From Heptranchias perlo (taxonomy: Eukaryota), in the NCBI RefSeq assembly GCF_035084215.1, contig NC_090353.1, forward strand, positions 13,144,001-13,208,000: 64,000 nt of DNA. The letters run 5' to 3'. The first letter of the stretch is position 1, and each line of letters begins with the position of its first letter. Shown piece after piece: positions 45,774-59,181 of the stretch. The notes under the pieces are model-generated. The model was not told where the DNA came from. It saw only the letters and a list, made by a program, of their open reading frames with translations, and did no database searches. A program made the translations under genes and the position numbers.

Positions 45774-46505
45774 CTCATCTGAAGGGCGACAGATGCAATG
45801 ATGCAGCACACCATTAATGAAGTGTCAGTCTCGATTATGTGCTGGAGTCCTGGAGTGGGGCTTGAACCCATGACCTTCTGACTCAGGGACAAGAGTGCTA
45901 GCAGCTAAGCCAAGCTGAATAACAAAAAAAATTGAAACAACCTTACGAATGTTATGGTTGAGCCCCATGGCATGATAACACTGTGAAATGCCTTCACAAT
46001 GTAATGTCGGTGTTTATTGCAAATGCAGCACTGGTCAATAACAGGAAGCAAGGCAACTAAAAACAGAGTCTGAAAATTCAGAACACAGAGCAAAGATGCA
46101 GGTAAACAGTATACAGTTATCTAAACACATCACAACCTAAATCAATTGACAAAAAATCATTTTCTTGGGTTGCAAGCATTTATATCTGTCATATTCTACA
46201 ATAACACATCTATTTTAAATAAGCAACTTGCTAAATATTAGACCAAAATATGTGGACCGTTTTTTTTAAGTGCTAAATTGGCATGTTTCTGCAGAGTGCC
46301 CAGTGTCATCATGGAACAGATCCATGATTAAAATCGAAACTCTCAGTGTTTTCCCGAGTATTGTTGAAAAGGAAGAAAAACCTCGCACTTTCCTACCCTT
46401 CCAATCTCTGCTTTGAAAATTGTAAACCTGTAAATTGCACTGTGTGATATTATCGTGGGAGCATCAAATTCCTTCGAGCTTTATTTTTATGGAGCCATTA
46501 ACCCA

Positions 46506-48006
46506 TCTATCTATCTACATGCAATTATAAACTGTGTGTGGTTATAGCATTCGAATGGTATTTTCCTTAAGATGGTGCTGTGAAAGCTGGGCTCAAGTAA
46601 CGTTTCGAGACAGTGTACTAACTAAGTGGAATATTGTGACCTCTGTGACTGCCGTTCTAATTGTTTGTGTCTTCCTCTCCTGCTTCGTTTGTAATCAGCT
46701 GACAGTTAGCTCCAAAAACCGTACTTTCCGATCACATGTTGGTACTTTCTCCCGGGGGGTGCAAATGTAAATGCAGTCGCTCTATTCCTGAAGGTGGCAT
46801 TTGTGCAATGTGGACCCATGACCCTTTTAAATCTGTCACCACAGTCGCTGGTAAAGGATACCCAAATATCCTCCACAGAATTGATCTCCCCCACCAAACC
46901 TACTCACAGAAAAAAAAGACATTTTTTGTGTCCAGTTCCATGCTTCGCTCCCCTGAGGCTGATCAGAGATTTTTTAAAATCCTTGATGACACCTTGCTCT
47001 TTGCCCTGCTTACCCCACCATGCCCCCCACTGCGGCACATTTAAGTCCTGCATCCTCCATCCCTGCTGACGCAATTTTCATCCAACACCTTTCCCCCCCA
47101 TTCAGCCACTTTGCTCCCATGTAACCCCCCCAGGGTGCCTACCCATCTGACTGCCCTTCCCCATTTTCTCCCCCCCCCCCACCCCTCCTCTCTCACTTTT
47201 CCTCCTCTCACTCCCCCTCCTTCCCCTCCCATCCCGCCCCCTCTCCTCTCACCCTTTCTCTCCCTCTTCCCTTCTCCTCCTCTGTCTCCCTCTCCTCTCC
47301 CCTCTCCACCTTCCTCATCTCCTCTCCCTCCCTTCCTCTCGCCCTTTCCTCCTTCCCTCTCCCCATCCCCTCCTCCCTCTCCCCACCCTTCCCCCTCCTC
47401 ACTTCCTCTCCACCCCGCCCCATCTCTTCTCTTTAACTCTCCCCCACCCTTCTTCTCCTCCTCTCACCATATCCTCCTCTCGCTCTGCTTTCTTCCTCTC
47501 CCCTCCCATTTTTCCCCTCTGCCCTCCTCTCCCTTGCCCTCTTCCCTTCTCCCTCGCACTCCTTCCTTCCCTCCAACAACCTTTCCCTTCTTCTTCCTTC
47601 TCATCCGCTCCCCCTTTCCCTCACTTAGGAACATAGGAACAGGAGTAGGCCATTCAGCCCCTTGTGCCTGCTCCGCCATTTGATAAGATCATGGCTGATC
47701 TGTGATCTAACTCCATATACCCGCCTTTGGCCCATATCCCTTAATACCTTTGGTTGCCAAAAAGCTATCTATCTCAGATTTAAATTTAGCAATTGAGCTA
47801 GTATCAATTGCCGTTTGCGGAAGAGAGTTCCAAACTTCTACCACCCTTCTCCCCCTCCCCTCCTTCTTCCCCCTCCCACTGCCTCCTCCCCCTCCCATCT
47901 GCCTTCTCCCGCTCCCCCCCTCCATCTTGGCCCTCTAATCCTACTTGACATCAGTACTGCACTTAATCTTGACTCCCCATGTGCAACATTGTGGGAGTTC
48001 AACTAG
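46506..48006 (+). mobile_element. Putative non-autonomous Helitron with an internal polypyrimidine tract
   Basis: A|TCTATCTATC start; 3' hairpin actccc..gggagt followed by CTAG|T. Confidence 0.5.
47627..47846 (-). mobile_element. Young CR1 3' tail, nearly identical to 18978-19197
   Basis: Only a handful of differences over ~220 bp by eye. Confidence 0.85.
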
Positions 48007-48187
48007 TTATATATTAAAAATGTAACGTCTATGAGTGGCATTGTGACAGGTCATTTCAAGGTAACAGGCAAAAGTTACAAACGTATAAGAAATGCTTGCC
48101 AGTCTCGACAGCTGATTCCGTACTTCATGGCCTTACACACACAGGCCATCGGGTGGCTCTGCTCCAATGCGCTGGCAATTTCAGCAA

Positions 48188-50458
48188 TAAAAACAGAAAA
48201 TACTGGAGAAGCTCAGCAAGTGAGGCAGCATCTGTGGAGAAAGAAACAGAGTTAACGTTTCAGGTCGAAGACCCTTCATCAGAACTGGGAGAGTTAACAG
48301 TTTTTAAGCAAGTACAGAGCCAGGGAAAGAGGGTGAGGGGGGGGGAGGGGTAGAGATCGGTAGGGAGGAAAGAACAAAAGGGAAGGTCTGTGATGGGGTG
48401 GAGGGCAGGAGTGATTAAATGACAAAAGGGATGATGGTGCAAGACAAGGAGGGTGGTAATTGGACAAGTTAAGAAACAATAGATGGGTCTAGAGGAGCTG
48501 TAAATCACAACAGCAGAACCATTACCAGCAGCTGTAGTGCCACAAAAAAAAGGAAGCAGTGGTTATGATCTGAAGTTATTGAAATCAATGTTGAATCCAG
48601 AAGGTTGTAAAGTGCCTAATCAAAAGATGAGGTGCTGTTCCTCGAGCTTCCGTTGAGCTTCATTGGAACGGTGTAAGAGGCCGAGGACAGAGAGGTCAGA
48701 GTGGGAGTGGGACGGGGAATAAAAATGGCAAGCGACCGGAAGGTCAGGGTCATGCTTGCGGACTGAGCGGAGGTGTTTAGCAAAGTGATCACCCAACCTG
48801 CATTTGGTCTCCCCACTGTAGAGGAGACCACATTGTGAGCAGCGAATACAGTATAATAAAGTGAAAGAAGTACAAGCAAACCACTGTTTCACCTGGAAGG
48901 AGTGATTGGGGCCCTGGACAGTGGGAAGGGAGGAGGTGAAGGGGCAGGTGTTGCATCTCCTGCGCTCGCACAGGAAGGTGCCGTGGGGAGGAGAGCGGTG
49001 TTGGGGGTGTTGGAAGAGTGGACCAGGGTGCCGCGGAGGGAGCGGTCCCTTCAGAATGCTGAAAGAGAAGGGGAGGGGAAGATGTGGTGGGATTGCGCTG
49101 GAGGTGACGGAGATGGTGGAGGATGATACGTTGAATTTGGAGGCTGGTGGGGTGGAAGGTGAGGACAAGTGGGATCCAATCATGGTTCTGGGAGGGAGGG
49201 GAAGGGGCGAAGGCAGAAGTGTGGGAAATAGGACGGACACGGTCGAGGGCCATGTCAACTACAGTAGAGGGCAATGCTCGGTTGAGGAAAAAGGAAGACA
49301 TATCAGAAACATTGGTGCGGAAGGTGGCATTGTCAGAACAGATGCAATGGAGACAGAGAAACTGGGAGAAGGGAATAGAGTCTTTACAGGAAGTGGGGAG
49401 GGAGGAAGTGTAATCAAGATAGCTGTGGGAGTCGGTGAGCTTATAATAGATGTTGATTGACAGCCTATCCCCAGAAATGGAGATAGAGGAGTCGAGGAAG
49501 GGATGGGAAGAGTCGGAGATGGACCATGTGAAGGCGAGGGAAGGGTGGAAATTTGAAGCAAAATTGATGAAACGGCACCAATACAGTCATCAATGTACCG
49601 AGAAAAGAGGTGAGGGAGGGGACACGAGTAGGACTGGAACAAGGAATGTTCCACGTATCCCACAAAAAGGCAGGTGTAGCTGGGACTCATACAGGTTCCC
49701 ATAGCGACAGCTTTTATTTGGAGGACGTGAGTGGAGTCAAAGGAGACATTGTTCAACGTAAGAACAAGTTCAGCCAGGCGGAGGAGGGTGGTAGTGGATG
49801 GGGACTGATTAGGCCTCTGTTCAAGGAAGAAGTGGAGGGCCCGCAGGCCGTCCTGGTTGGGATGGAGGTGTAAAGGGATCGGATGTCCATGATGAAAAGG
49901 AGACGGTTAGGGCCGGGGAACTGGAAACTGTTAAAGTGGCGGAGGGCGTCGGAAGAGTCTGGACAAGGGGAGAAAAAATAGAGCCGAGATAGGAGGAAAT
50001 AAGTTCCGTGGGGCAAGAACAGGCTGAAATGATGGGTCTCCCGGGGCAGTCCTGCTTGTGGATCTTGGGAAGGAGGTAGAAGCGGGCTGTGCGGAGTTGG
50101 GGGACTATGAGGTTGGAGGCCGTGGTGGGGAGATCTCCAGAGGAGATGAGGTCAGTGACAGTCTGGGAAACAATGGCTTGATGTTTGGCGGTGGAGTCAT
50201 GGTCCAGGGGGAGGTAGGAGGAGGGGTCAGGGAGTTGGCACTCAGTCTCCACAAGGTTCGCCACATAACAACAGCACCGCTCTTGACAGCAGGTTTAATG
50301 ACAATGTCAGGGTTGGACTTGAGAGAATGGAGTGCTGCAAGTTCAGAGGGAGGTAGGTTAGAGTGAGTGGGGGGAGTAGAGAAATTGAGACGGCCGATGT
50401 CACACTGGCAGTTTTCTGTTTTTATTTCAGATTTCCAGGATCCGCAGTATTTTGCTTT
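48188..50458 (-). mobile_element. Second Penelope-like element (decayed RT/GIY-YIG) with an inverted terminal segment and a 15-bp TSD
   Basis: TGGCAATTTCAGCAA at 48173-48187 and 50459-50473; FYLLPKIHK..GRPIIS, YIDDC, YCIRCSQCGLLYSGET. Confidence 0.88.
48250..48286 (-). ncRNA. Minimal type-I hammerhead ribozyme
   Basis: AGUU CUGAUGA A GGGUC uuc GACCU GAAA CG UU AACU, with palindromic AACGUU. Confidence 0.75.
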
Positions 50459-50565
50459 TGGCAATTTCAGCAAGATTGTTTTGACATTAAGTGTTAAAAA
50501 ATGAACTAACTTAGTTAAATCTGGGCTTCTCTGCATTTAATTGGATTATATATTGCAACGTTACC

Positions 50566-51385
50566 TTTTTTTTTCATTTATGGGATATGGGCGTCGCTGG
50601 CAAGGTCAGCATTTATTGCCCATCCCTAATTGCCCTTGAGGAGGTGGTGGTGAGCCGTCTTCTTGAACCGCTGCAGTCCGTGCGGTGAAGGTTCTCCCAC
50701 AATGCTGTTAGGAAGGGAGTTCCAGGATTTTGACCCAGCAACGATGAAGGAACGGCGATATATTTCCAAGTCGGGATGATGTGTGACTTGGAGGGGGACG
50801 TGCAGGTGGTGTTGTTCCCATGTGCCTGCTGCCCTTGTCCTTCTAGCTGGTAGAGGTCGCGGGTTTGGGAGGTGCTGTCAAAGAATTCTTGGTGAGTTGC
50901 TGCAGTGCATCCTGTAGATGGTACACACTGCAGCCACTGTGCGCCGGTGGTGAAGGGAGTGAATGTTTAGGGTGGTGGATGGGGTGCCAATCAAGCGGGC
51001 TGCTTTGTCCTGGATGGTGTCGAGCTTCTTGAGTGTTGTTGGAGCTGCACTTATCCAGGCAAGTGGAGAGTATTCTATCACACTCCTGACTTGTGCCTTG
51101 TGGATGGTGGAAAGGCTTTGGGGAGTCAGGAGGTGAGTCACTCGCCGCAAAATATCCAGCCTCTGACCTGCTCTTGTAGCCATAGTATTTATGTGGCTGG
51201 TCCAGTTCTGGTCAATGGTGACCCCCAGGATGTTGATGGTGGGGGATTCAGCGATGGTAATGCTGTTGAATGTCAAGGGGAGGTGGTTAGACACTTTTTT
51301 TTTGGAGATAGTCATTGCCTGGCACTTGTCTGGCACAAATGTTACTTGTCACTGATTAGCCCAAGCCTGGATGTTGTCCAGGTCT
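50566..51385 (-). mobile_element. CR1/L2-group LINE 3' fragment of a distinct, poly(A)-tailed family
   Basis: PDKCQAMTIS..LGVTID..HKAQVRSVIEYSPLAW..LDTIQDKAARLI; T-run at 50566. Confidence 0.75.
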
Positions 51386-51519
51386 TGCCGCATGGATCAT
51401 CATGCCCAGGCATGCGGGGCCCAGCGTTTTATTCTTCCCATCTGACAACTGTAGTAGCCTCTCCAACAGTGAGGAAGGAAAGTATGTTGATTTGACTTAG
51501 TTTTGCAGCAGATGAACCA

Positions 51520-52430
51520 TTCCCCCAACCCCTTCCCCCAACCCCTTCCCCCAACCCATTCCCCTTCCCCTTCCCCTTATCACATTTCCTCCTTGCCCCA
51601 TCACTGGCAGCAGCTACTCAGACTTTGAGCCTTGCAACCTGACCGCCTCTCATGTTGAACCCACCACCGTCCCTGGCTGTATTTCCCGGCCTGCAGCCTT
51701 CTTTGCGCCCCCCCCCCCCCCCGCCACCCTCACCACCACCCCTCCCTCCCCCCAACTAGCATGGCTTCTCAGTAGTATTTCCTGACCTCAACATCCCCTC
51801 TCACTGAGCATGTTTGCAACCTATTGCCCCGCTGAGATTGTTTTCCAGCCTTCCCCCACCCCCACCGCCAACTGACAATGTTTTTTAGTCTCCCCCCTAC
51901 CCTGCTCAGGTGGTTTCCCAGCCTTTGTTCTCCCCCTCCCCTGTCCCCTTGCATTTCATTCCCCATCCCTTTGCCTTGTCCCCTTCCTATCTCTCTCCCT
52001 TCCCCATGCCTCTACTCTCCCCTCTCCCCTCCTTTCCCCTCTCTCATCTCTCTCTTCCCTCCTTTCCCCTCCTCTCTTTCTTCATCCCCTGTCCCCTTCT
52101 CTCCTCTCCCCCTACTCTCCCTATCTTGCTTCCTCTCTCCACGTCCTCACTCCCACTTCCCCACTCCTACTCTCCATCCTTTGCCTCTTCCCGTCCCCCC
52201 TTGGCCACTATCTCCTCTTCCATACTTCTCACCTCCCCTCTCCTCTCTCTTGTTGCTCCCTTCAGTCCCCTCACCATCCTGTCCCCCTTCTGCCTGTCAC
52301 CCTACCTCTTCTCTCCCTCTCCCCACCCATTTCCCTCCCTTTCTCCTTCCCCTCTCCTCTCTCCCTCTCCCCTCCTTCTTGCCCTCTCCTTCTCCCTCCT
52401 CTCCTAACTGCCTTCTCCTTTCCCTGCCTT
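51520..52430. repeat. C/T-rich low-complexity tract, followed by a Helitron-like 3' end at ~52524
   Basis: Mostly pyrimidine on the + strand; similar tract at 47080-47940. Confidence 0.8.
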
Positions 52431-53696
52431 GGTCCAATTATTCCCCCACCCTCAAAACCTGCTCTATGTGAATACTGCACTTGGCCTTGACTCCCTGTGT
52501 GCAACACTACAGGAGTTCAACCAGTAATATATTTTAAAAATTACATCTTCATATACTTCCTGTAAACAACTTCTGTTATAAATTCCTATATCTACATTTA
52601 TAATGAAAACTGTTTATGAAACTTGTTATGCTGTAATTACACTTGCTCATCAGTGGAGGCACTGCACACCACTGCTAGCAGGAGGATGTAATTACAGTGC
52701 AAGAAGTTTACATAGGCAGCTTCCATTATTAATGTGGACATAGGAATTAATAATGTTACCATATAAAAATGATCAAATTTATAACTTTAAAAGGGCAACA
52801 GATTTATGTCTGCATACTCTGTTCCAATTATCCCCCACCTTCTAACCCCAGTTCATTTGAGCTTGGCCATGACTCCTCATGTGCAATGCCACAGGGCATC
52901 AACTAGTTTAAAATAAATGTGCCTAAAACAGCAAGACTTAACACTTTATTACACTAGAGTTTTGTAACTGATATCTGCGTAGAGTGATGAAGAACCAGCA
53001 CACTCAAGTTATACTGTCAATTGTGCATCACCATCTGGTCAAGCAAAGCATTGGTGTCCAAATGCTGGTTAAGATTTAATATTAAAAAGAGCACATTTGA
53101 AAATCTTTATGGGAGCGGGGAGGGAGGGAGGGCTGTGTTGCAATCCATGTACTAATCTCACTGAGATACGTTCCTGCAGTTTGCCAACCCAGATAGGAGT
53201 GGGTTCATTAAATTGAAGAGACATGCGAAGTGAAAATATTTAACATCCTACACTGAATCACTATATTCACCCCTTTATATTTCAAATGTAGCAATTAGTG
53301 AATAGGGAATAGTAAAAGGGTAACTTTACGAGTCGGCACTGCCAGTGGGGATCCTTTGAGCGTTATGGTGCGTGCAGCCCAAGTTTGGAAAACCATAGCA
53401 CAAACTGGAATTTCTGATACACACTGCCAATGGGCAAGACTCCCTACCAGCAGGACAGATCCTATAATAACCCCTTAAAAGCATTTTTTCAACATGAGAG
53501 AAGCATTGGTTTAATTTGGAGACCTTCCCTAAGGAAGGCCTTTTCATAACCTTAGTTGGAAGCCAGAGAATTAAAGGGACATTGTCTCCACGTGTTTAGC
53601 AAACCTTTTGGGATGGAGAGGTGCAAGGTACCATTTCTGTCACAGTGACCTCACACTCAAATGACCTTGCAATGTGTTCTGAATTCACATACAGTC

Positions 53697-54097
53697 GCTT
53701 GGCTCAGTTGGGAACATTGTCATCTCAAAGTCAGAACTTTGTGAGTTTAAGCCCCACACCAGGACTTGAGTGCATTATCTAGGATGAGACACTGAGGGAG
53801 TGCTGTCCTTTTGATTAAACAGTAACTGAGTAACCTATCTGCCTGTTCCGATGACTATTAAACATTCCATGGCATTACTTGAAGAAGAGTGAGGAGCTCT
53901 ACCGGAGTGCTGACCAATTTTCTCCCTCATCCAATAATACCAAAACAGCATTCATTTCAATTGCTGTTTTAGGTGCAAAATGGCAGCTGCCATTGCCTAC
54001 ATAATAACACTATACTCCAAAAGTAACTCATTGTGTGAAGGGCTTTGAGATGTTTTGGCACAATAAAGGTGCTATATAAATGGAAGTGTTATTTTAT
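53697..54097 (+). mobile_element. Deu-domain SINE just upstream of the FSD1 promoter
   Basis: tggctcagttgg head and gctatataaatg tail. Confidence 0.7.
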
Positions 54098-54179
54098 TGT
54101 AAACAGGAGTATAATACTTTTTTTTAATCAAGATGACAGCCGCCCTTTAATACTATTAAACATTGTTTTGGCCCAACAT

Positions 54180-54505
54180 AGATATGCAGCCCAGGGGAAT
54201 GCAATTCACCGCAGCTCAGACGGGTGGAGAGGTTTCTCCTGTGTGTATGTGGTCCGGGTACAGTTCGAATAAAACGGCCCATCTCCTACAAATCCCACAA
54301 TTCGCTGTAGTGTGTGTGTGTGCTGCTATTGCGCAGTGCCGGTGCGGTTTAGTGGAAGGCCCCCCTCTCCTCTCGGTAGCGGTTACTGCGCTTTGTTCGG
54401 GTTTTTAAAGACGAGGGGAACAAAAAAAAAATAAGCAAGCGAAATGTAAATGAAATCAGCCCTGTTTTAAAGAAACGGAAAGGAATTCCCAGTAGCGATT
54501 CCGCA
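54180..54505 (+). promoter_or_regulatory. Probable FSD1 promoter / 5' UTR
   Basis: Unique, locally CpG-enriched sequence directly upstream of the putative first coding exon. Confidence 0.45.
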
Positions 54506-54523
54506 ATGGCAGATTACAATAAG
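54506..54523 (+). CDS. FSD1: FSD1 coding exon 1 (MADYNK)
   Basis: gcaATGG Kozak-like context and AAG|gtaac phase-0 donor; comparable to the short MEEQR first exon I recall for human FSD1. Confidence 0.6.
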
Positions 54524-57500
54524 GTAACATAGAAAGTAACAATGTTGCACCTACAATGAATGGTTTAACCTGCAGCGTAACCTGGTCAGTTTCAGCAGGG
54601 AGGAGGAGAGGGGACCTGCCTGCAAAAGGCACCCAGTTTTTCATTTTTGATGTCGCAACACAAATAGATTTTAAACCATTCTGACAATCTGTGGCCCTCC
54701 TTCCTATGCTTTAACATGAGAAGGTGGTTTTATTAATTATTTCTAGATATCAGTCGAGACTGAGTTTTTTTTTAGAAAGCAGCCAACGTTTGATAACGAA
54801 AATGGGAGGGGTGATTCTAAATTATTGCTTTAGTGCATCGGTACAGGCTGTTCTTGGCATAGATTAATCGGTACAATACTGCTAGTGTGTTCGGTACATT
54901 GATATTTATTTGTGTTCCAGTATCCACTGATAGTCCTTTATTTGGCAGGAATTACACTGGGTGTCCTTTTTATTTAACGAGTTGTGTCGTAAATTGTATC
55001 GTTTGTTGGGGCTGTGTCTGATGGATTAAAGATGGGCCAGTGAAAGCAGTGTCAGCACTGCATCTTTGCCGAGCTTCTATATAAACCAGAATTGTGCACT
55101 TGGAGACTGTTCCAGTCGCTTCATGCAGTCTGTCAAGTTTATAAATCTGAATTGCAACCTAATCAGAATATCGTGGACAAGATGGTCGAGGGCCATCTGA
55201 GCTGTGGAAATAGTGATTGGGTTTATCACTGCTGCCTCTGTCTCAATGGCAAGATATTTAAAATGGAATATTTCTGTTGCAGGGAAAACTCAAATGTGCT
55301 TGAATTTTGTCCTCACGTGTGGGTCCCAGAATTTGGAATTAAGTTCTGCATGTTGCCTTGGATGTGCAGATTTACAGAATGTGTAAAGAAAGAAAGAGAA
55401 ATTTGTACAAATTCCGGTTTGTATGAGCCTGCCTAAACAGCACCATTGGCACTTCATTATAAACCAGTGCTGTTGTCATTTGTACCTAAAAAGGCCTAGA
55501 GCTGCAGGCTTTACAGCAAACTCTCAGAGCTCCAGATTAACCTAGTGTTGAGGGAATGTTTCCTAATACCATTTCCTTGCTTTCTCCCCTGGTCAGTGAG
55601 GGGGGGATAGGTCTAAATCCCAGCAGCAAGCAATTGAAAATCAGGCAGCATCAAAGAGGTCCAGAGAGAGAGGGGGGGATACAAGCAGCATTTCTGCAAA
55701 AGGAGCAGAGATGGGTAAATTTTAGAATAGAAGTGCTAGAACATTTAAAAAGAAGTTAATGTTTTTGGTGTAACCCTTTTCCAGAATCTGAGATTAACTT
55801 GTATCTTCTCTCCAGATACTGATGGAAATACACAGAAGCTTCAACATTTTCTGTTTTTATCTTAGATTTCCAGCATTTGTAGTTTTTTTTTAAGTCACAA
55901 GTGAAGGAGCACGGGGTAGCCACTAATCTTGGGACAATGTTATAAGTAACACTGTCTTGCAGCATTTTCACAGTGGGAACAATTGAATAAGGAGGGCAAT
56001 TTTCTCAGCATGGATATGTTTGTATTCAAAGGCACTCAATGGTACCCTACAATTTGCTTTAATTCAGTCCAACATTAAAAATTATCAGTTTTCTTCCCAT
56101 CACCAAATGAATTTTTCAAATCGTGAGTGTAAACCTAAAGCTACAAGGCATCTAGTACAATCCCACCCCAGCATGGGTCCTACATTACCCAGAGGTGTAT
56201 TTTGCAAAGGATTATTTTTCTGTCTTCCCTTTCATCCTCTTAAACTTGTAGAGTTCCAAAGGCACCTAGCCCGAGTGGCCATTCTGTGTAATCCAGACGG
56301 TGAGTTTTGGCAGCGTTATTTGATATGTGGTGCAAAGGGACGAGTAAGCCCAAAGGTTACAGGTCTTTACTTGAGTGGCACTTCCCAACATCTACCATCT
56401 ACCCTCTACCCAGTGAAGGAAATCAGGAGACTGATACTAGGTGAGGTGGTTACCGTCACCTATAGAGCAGGTGAAGAGGCCTTATTAAAATGAGAAGACC
56501 TGTAGCTTTTTAGAAATGTTAGTCTTATACTTTTTTAAATCTACCTTGAGGAGAAGGAAGGAAGAAAGAGAGAAAGAACAGTTCTAGGGGGTAGGAGACT
56601 CCTTTTAGGAAGGAAAGGAAAGAATAGTCCTTGGGAAATGAAGGAAAGACCTGGATGAGGCAGGAGAAGCAGAGCACCTGTGGAGAGGGAAGAGAGTGCG
56701 AGGTATTGTTGTAGAAAGGTTCAAATCAGGAGCTCACTGTGTGGAGAATTACTAACAGACTACATTGCATCGCTCCTTGGTGTAGCATGTTGTAGCTTTC
56801 TTGTGAGTTACCCATAAGAAAAGGAGTTGCTGTAGAAAATGAGTGAGTCCACTTGAGAAAATGTTTAGTTAACTGGCTTGCCCTGCAGTGTGATGGACAC
56901 ATGGCCTGGTGCACAGAAATACTCTTGAAAGATTCCAACATGCACTTGAGATTGTCTAGCGTTTGTGAAGGTACCCATCTCAGATTAGAGTAAACTGAAG
57001 AGAGAAAGATCAAGCTATTGAGTCTATAATGGTGCCCTGTTAATACCATGCTGTTGTAAATGCATTGTTAGTTCTCAATTGGCAAATAAGCATTTCTGTT
57101 TTGAGATCACTAGAATGTTGCTAGAATTCCAGTAAAGTGACATTTTCAGACTTGAACTGTGAAAAACACTCTGCTTCTAGATTTTTATCCTAGCAAACTT
57201 GGGTTGAGGCTGGGGACAGATTTTATATTGGGGTGAAGTGCTGCTGGGAACACTGATCAGTCACTGGTGATAGAGCAATTTAAGGTGTCAAATTACAGTC
57301 AGCTCCACATATTCTAGACTCCAATATTGTGACCAACAGTTTATATAATCCCAAGCCCATCAAGTTCAATAGTAAATCTGTTGCTTGCAGCAACACTGTT
57401 GCTGCTTTAAGCAGACAAATAGCATCTATTATAAGCAATTGATTTGGGAATCCATAGTTTGGTACAATGGTCCTGGATCGGTCTCTAACCTGGATGATTT

Positions 57501-57804
57501 TATCCTGCGTGTCCCATTCTCTATGTAGCCTGGTCCAGCCCATTTAAACACTCTCGTGTCGGCCAGTAGAGCGCATGATGTATGAAACATCAGCTGTTTT
57601 ACTGCACCAGCTGCTCTGTAGTTCAACATGCCCACTGCTCACCAGCACAGTAATCGAGCAGGCTGTGTGTGCATTTTACAGTCGGCAGTTCCACTGAGAT
57701 CAGAGCTGCCAACTTGAACGTCAGCACAGAGAGGTGACCTGCTTAAACATTGGGAGTGAAACAGACAGGTTGTAAAATCATCCAGGACAGGGAGAAACCC
57801 TAAA

Positions 57805-58212
57805 GAAAGAGCAAACCTGTATTTATATAGCGCCCTTCACAACCTCCGGACGTCCCAAATCGCTTCGCAGCCAATGAAATACTTTTGAATTTGTCACTTG
57901 TATTGTAGGGAAACATGGCAGCAAATTTCTGCACAGCAAAGTCCCACAAACAGTCATGAGACAAATGACCAACTAAACTGTTTTAGTGACGTTGGTTCTG
58001 CGATAATTGCTGGCCAGAACATGAGGAGAACTCCCCTGCTCTTTGAATAGTTCCATGAGATCTGTTAATGTCCACTTGAAAGGCGGCACCTCCGACAATA
58101 CAGCACTCCCTCAGCATTGACTGTCAGCCGAGATTAGGTGCTCAAGTCTCTGGAGTGGGACTAGATCCCATGACGTTCTGACTCAGACGAGAGAGCTGCT
58201 ACTGATCCAAGG
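57805..58212 (-). mobile_element. Deu-domain SINE in FSD1 intron 1
   Basis: Reverse-complement similarity to other copies. Confidence 0.75.
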
Positions 58213-59085
58213 TTGATGCTTGTAGATCATTCTCTAGTGTATATACTGGGGACAGCTGTTTATATGTGGTAGATTCCCATGAATAAACAAGTCTGATATA
58301 GGCAGCATACACTAAGAGTGTCACACAGAAGTGAATCAGCAATTCACAGTATAATGCAGCCTGTAACTTTTTCTGTAGCTGTATCAGCACCAATACAATA
58401 AATATGCCCAGTGATAAACTCCACCATAACACTGCAACACCGCGATAACACCAACAGCGGAAACATGGGTCTTTGAGGCTATAACAATTGCAGAGACAGA
58501 ACTTACAACGCTGTCAATAATGTGGGTGCTGCATTGGCTCATGTTCACAAGTGATGGATAATGTGTCCTTGAACTTTCCTGTATGCCATGTAACTGTCAA
58601 CCTCTGAGTCGGTGCTGCCAGCAATCCAATAATATTTGAATTATTACTAATGTAATTTTTCTTAGTATTTTGCCAGCTTCATCAGAACTGACAAATATAG
58701 TTTTGTCATCGAAGCATTAGTGTCCTGCACAGAGCTAGCAGTGGCAAAAAAAATTATATGCAAAGTCTTCTAATACGTCAAGCAATAATATATTTATTGA
58801 GAAACCAAGGTGATGGTGCCAGACCCATAGTGCAGGGCACGAGTGTTGAGAAGATACAATAAATCAGGAAGTAATGGTTAGGTGATACCAAGATTGGGAT
58901 ATAAAAGTCTGAGAGTGAAAAATCAGTTTAAAAACTTGAATTTCATTTCAATTTATGCGAAGCTAGGCCCCAACTTCCCTGCAAATTGTTGCAGATGGTG
59001 CGAGTGTGGATAATTTGAGTTTTCACTGGAGATAATGAGTATATTCTTTTCAAACTTTGATCCTGATACTCTTAACTTTCTTCAG

Positions 59086-59181
59086 GAGACTTTGAGGAGG
59101 ATTATTACTACCCTGGCTGTGAAGAATGAAGAGGTCCAGAACTTTGTCTATGTGCTGAAACAGACCCTGAAAAATGTTGAG
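59086..59181 (+). CDS. FSD1: FSD1 (fibronectin type III and SPRY domain containing 1) coding exon 2
   Basis: ttcag|ETLRRIITTLAVKNEEVQNFVYVLKQTLKNVE|gtaac, 96 nt. Matches my recollection of human FSD1 EALRKIIKTLAVKNEEIQSFIYSLKQMLLNVE, closer to FSD1 than FSD1L. Confidence 0.85.

Noticed and set aside
47041-52507. Pro/Ser/Leu-rich and Gly/Arg/Glu-rich ORFs
   Set aside because: By-products of the C/T low-complexity tracts.
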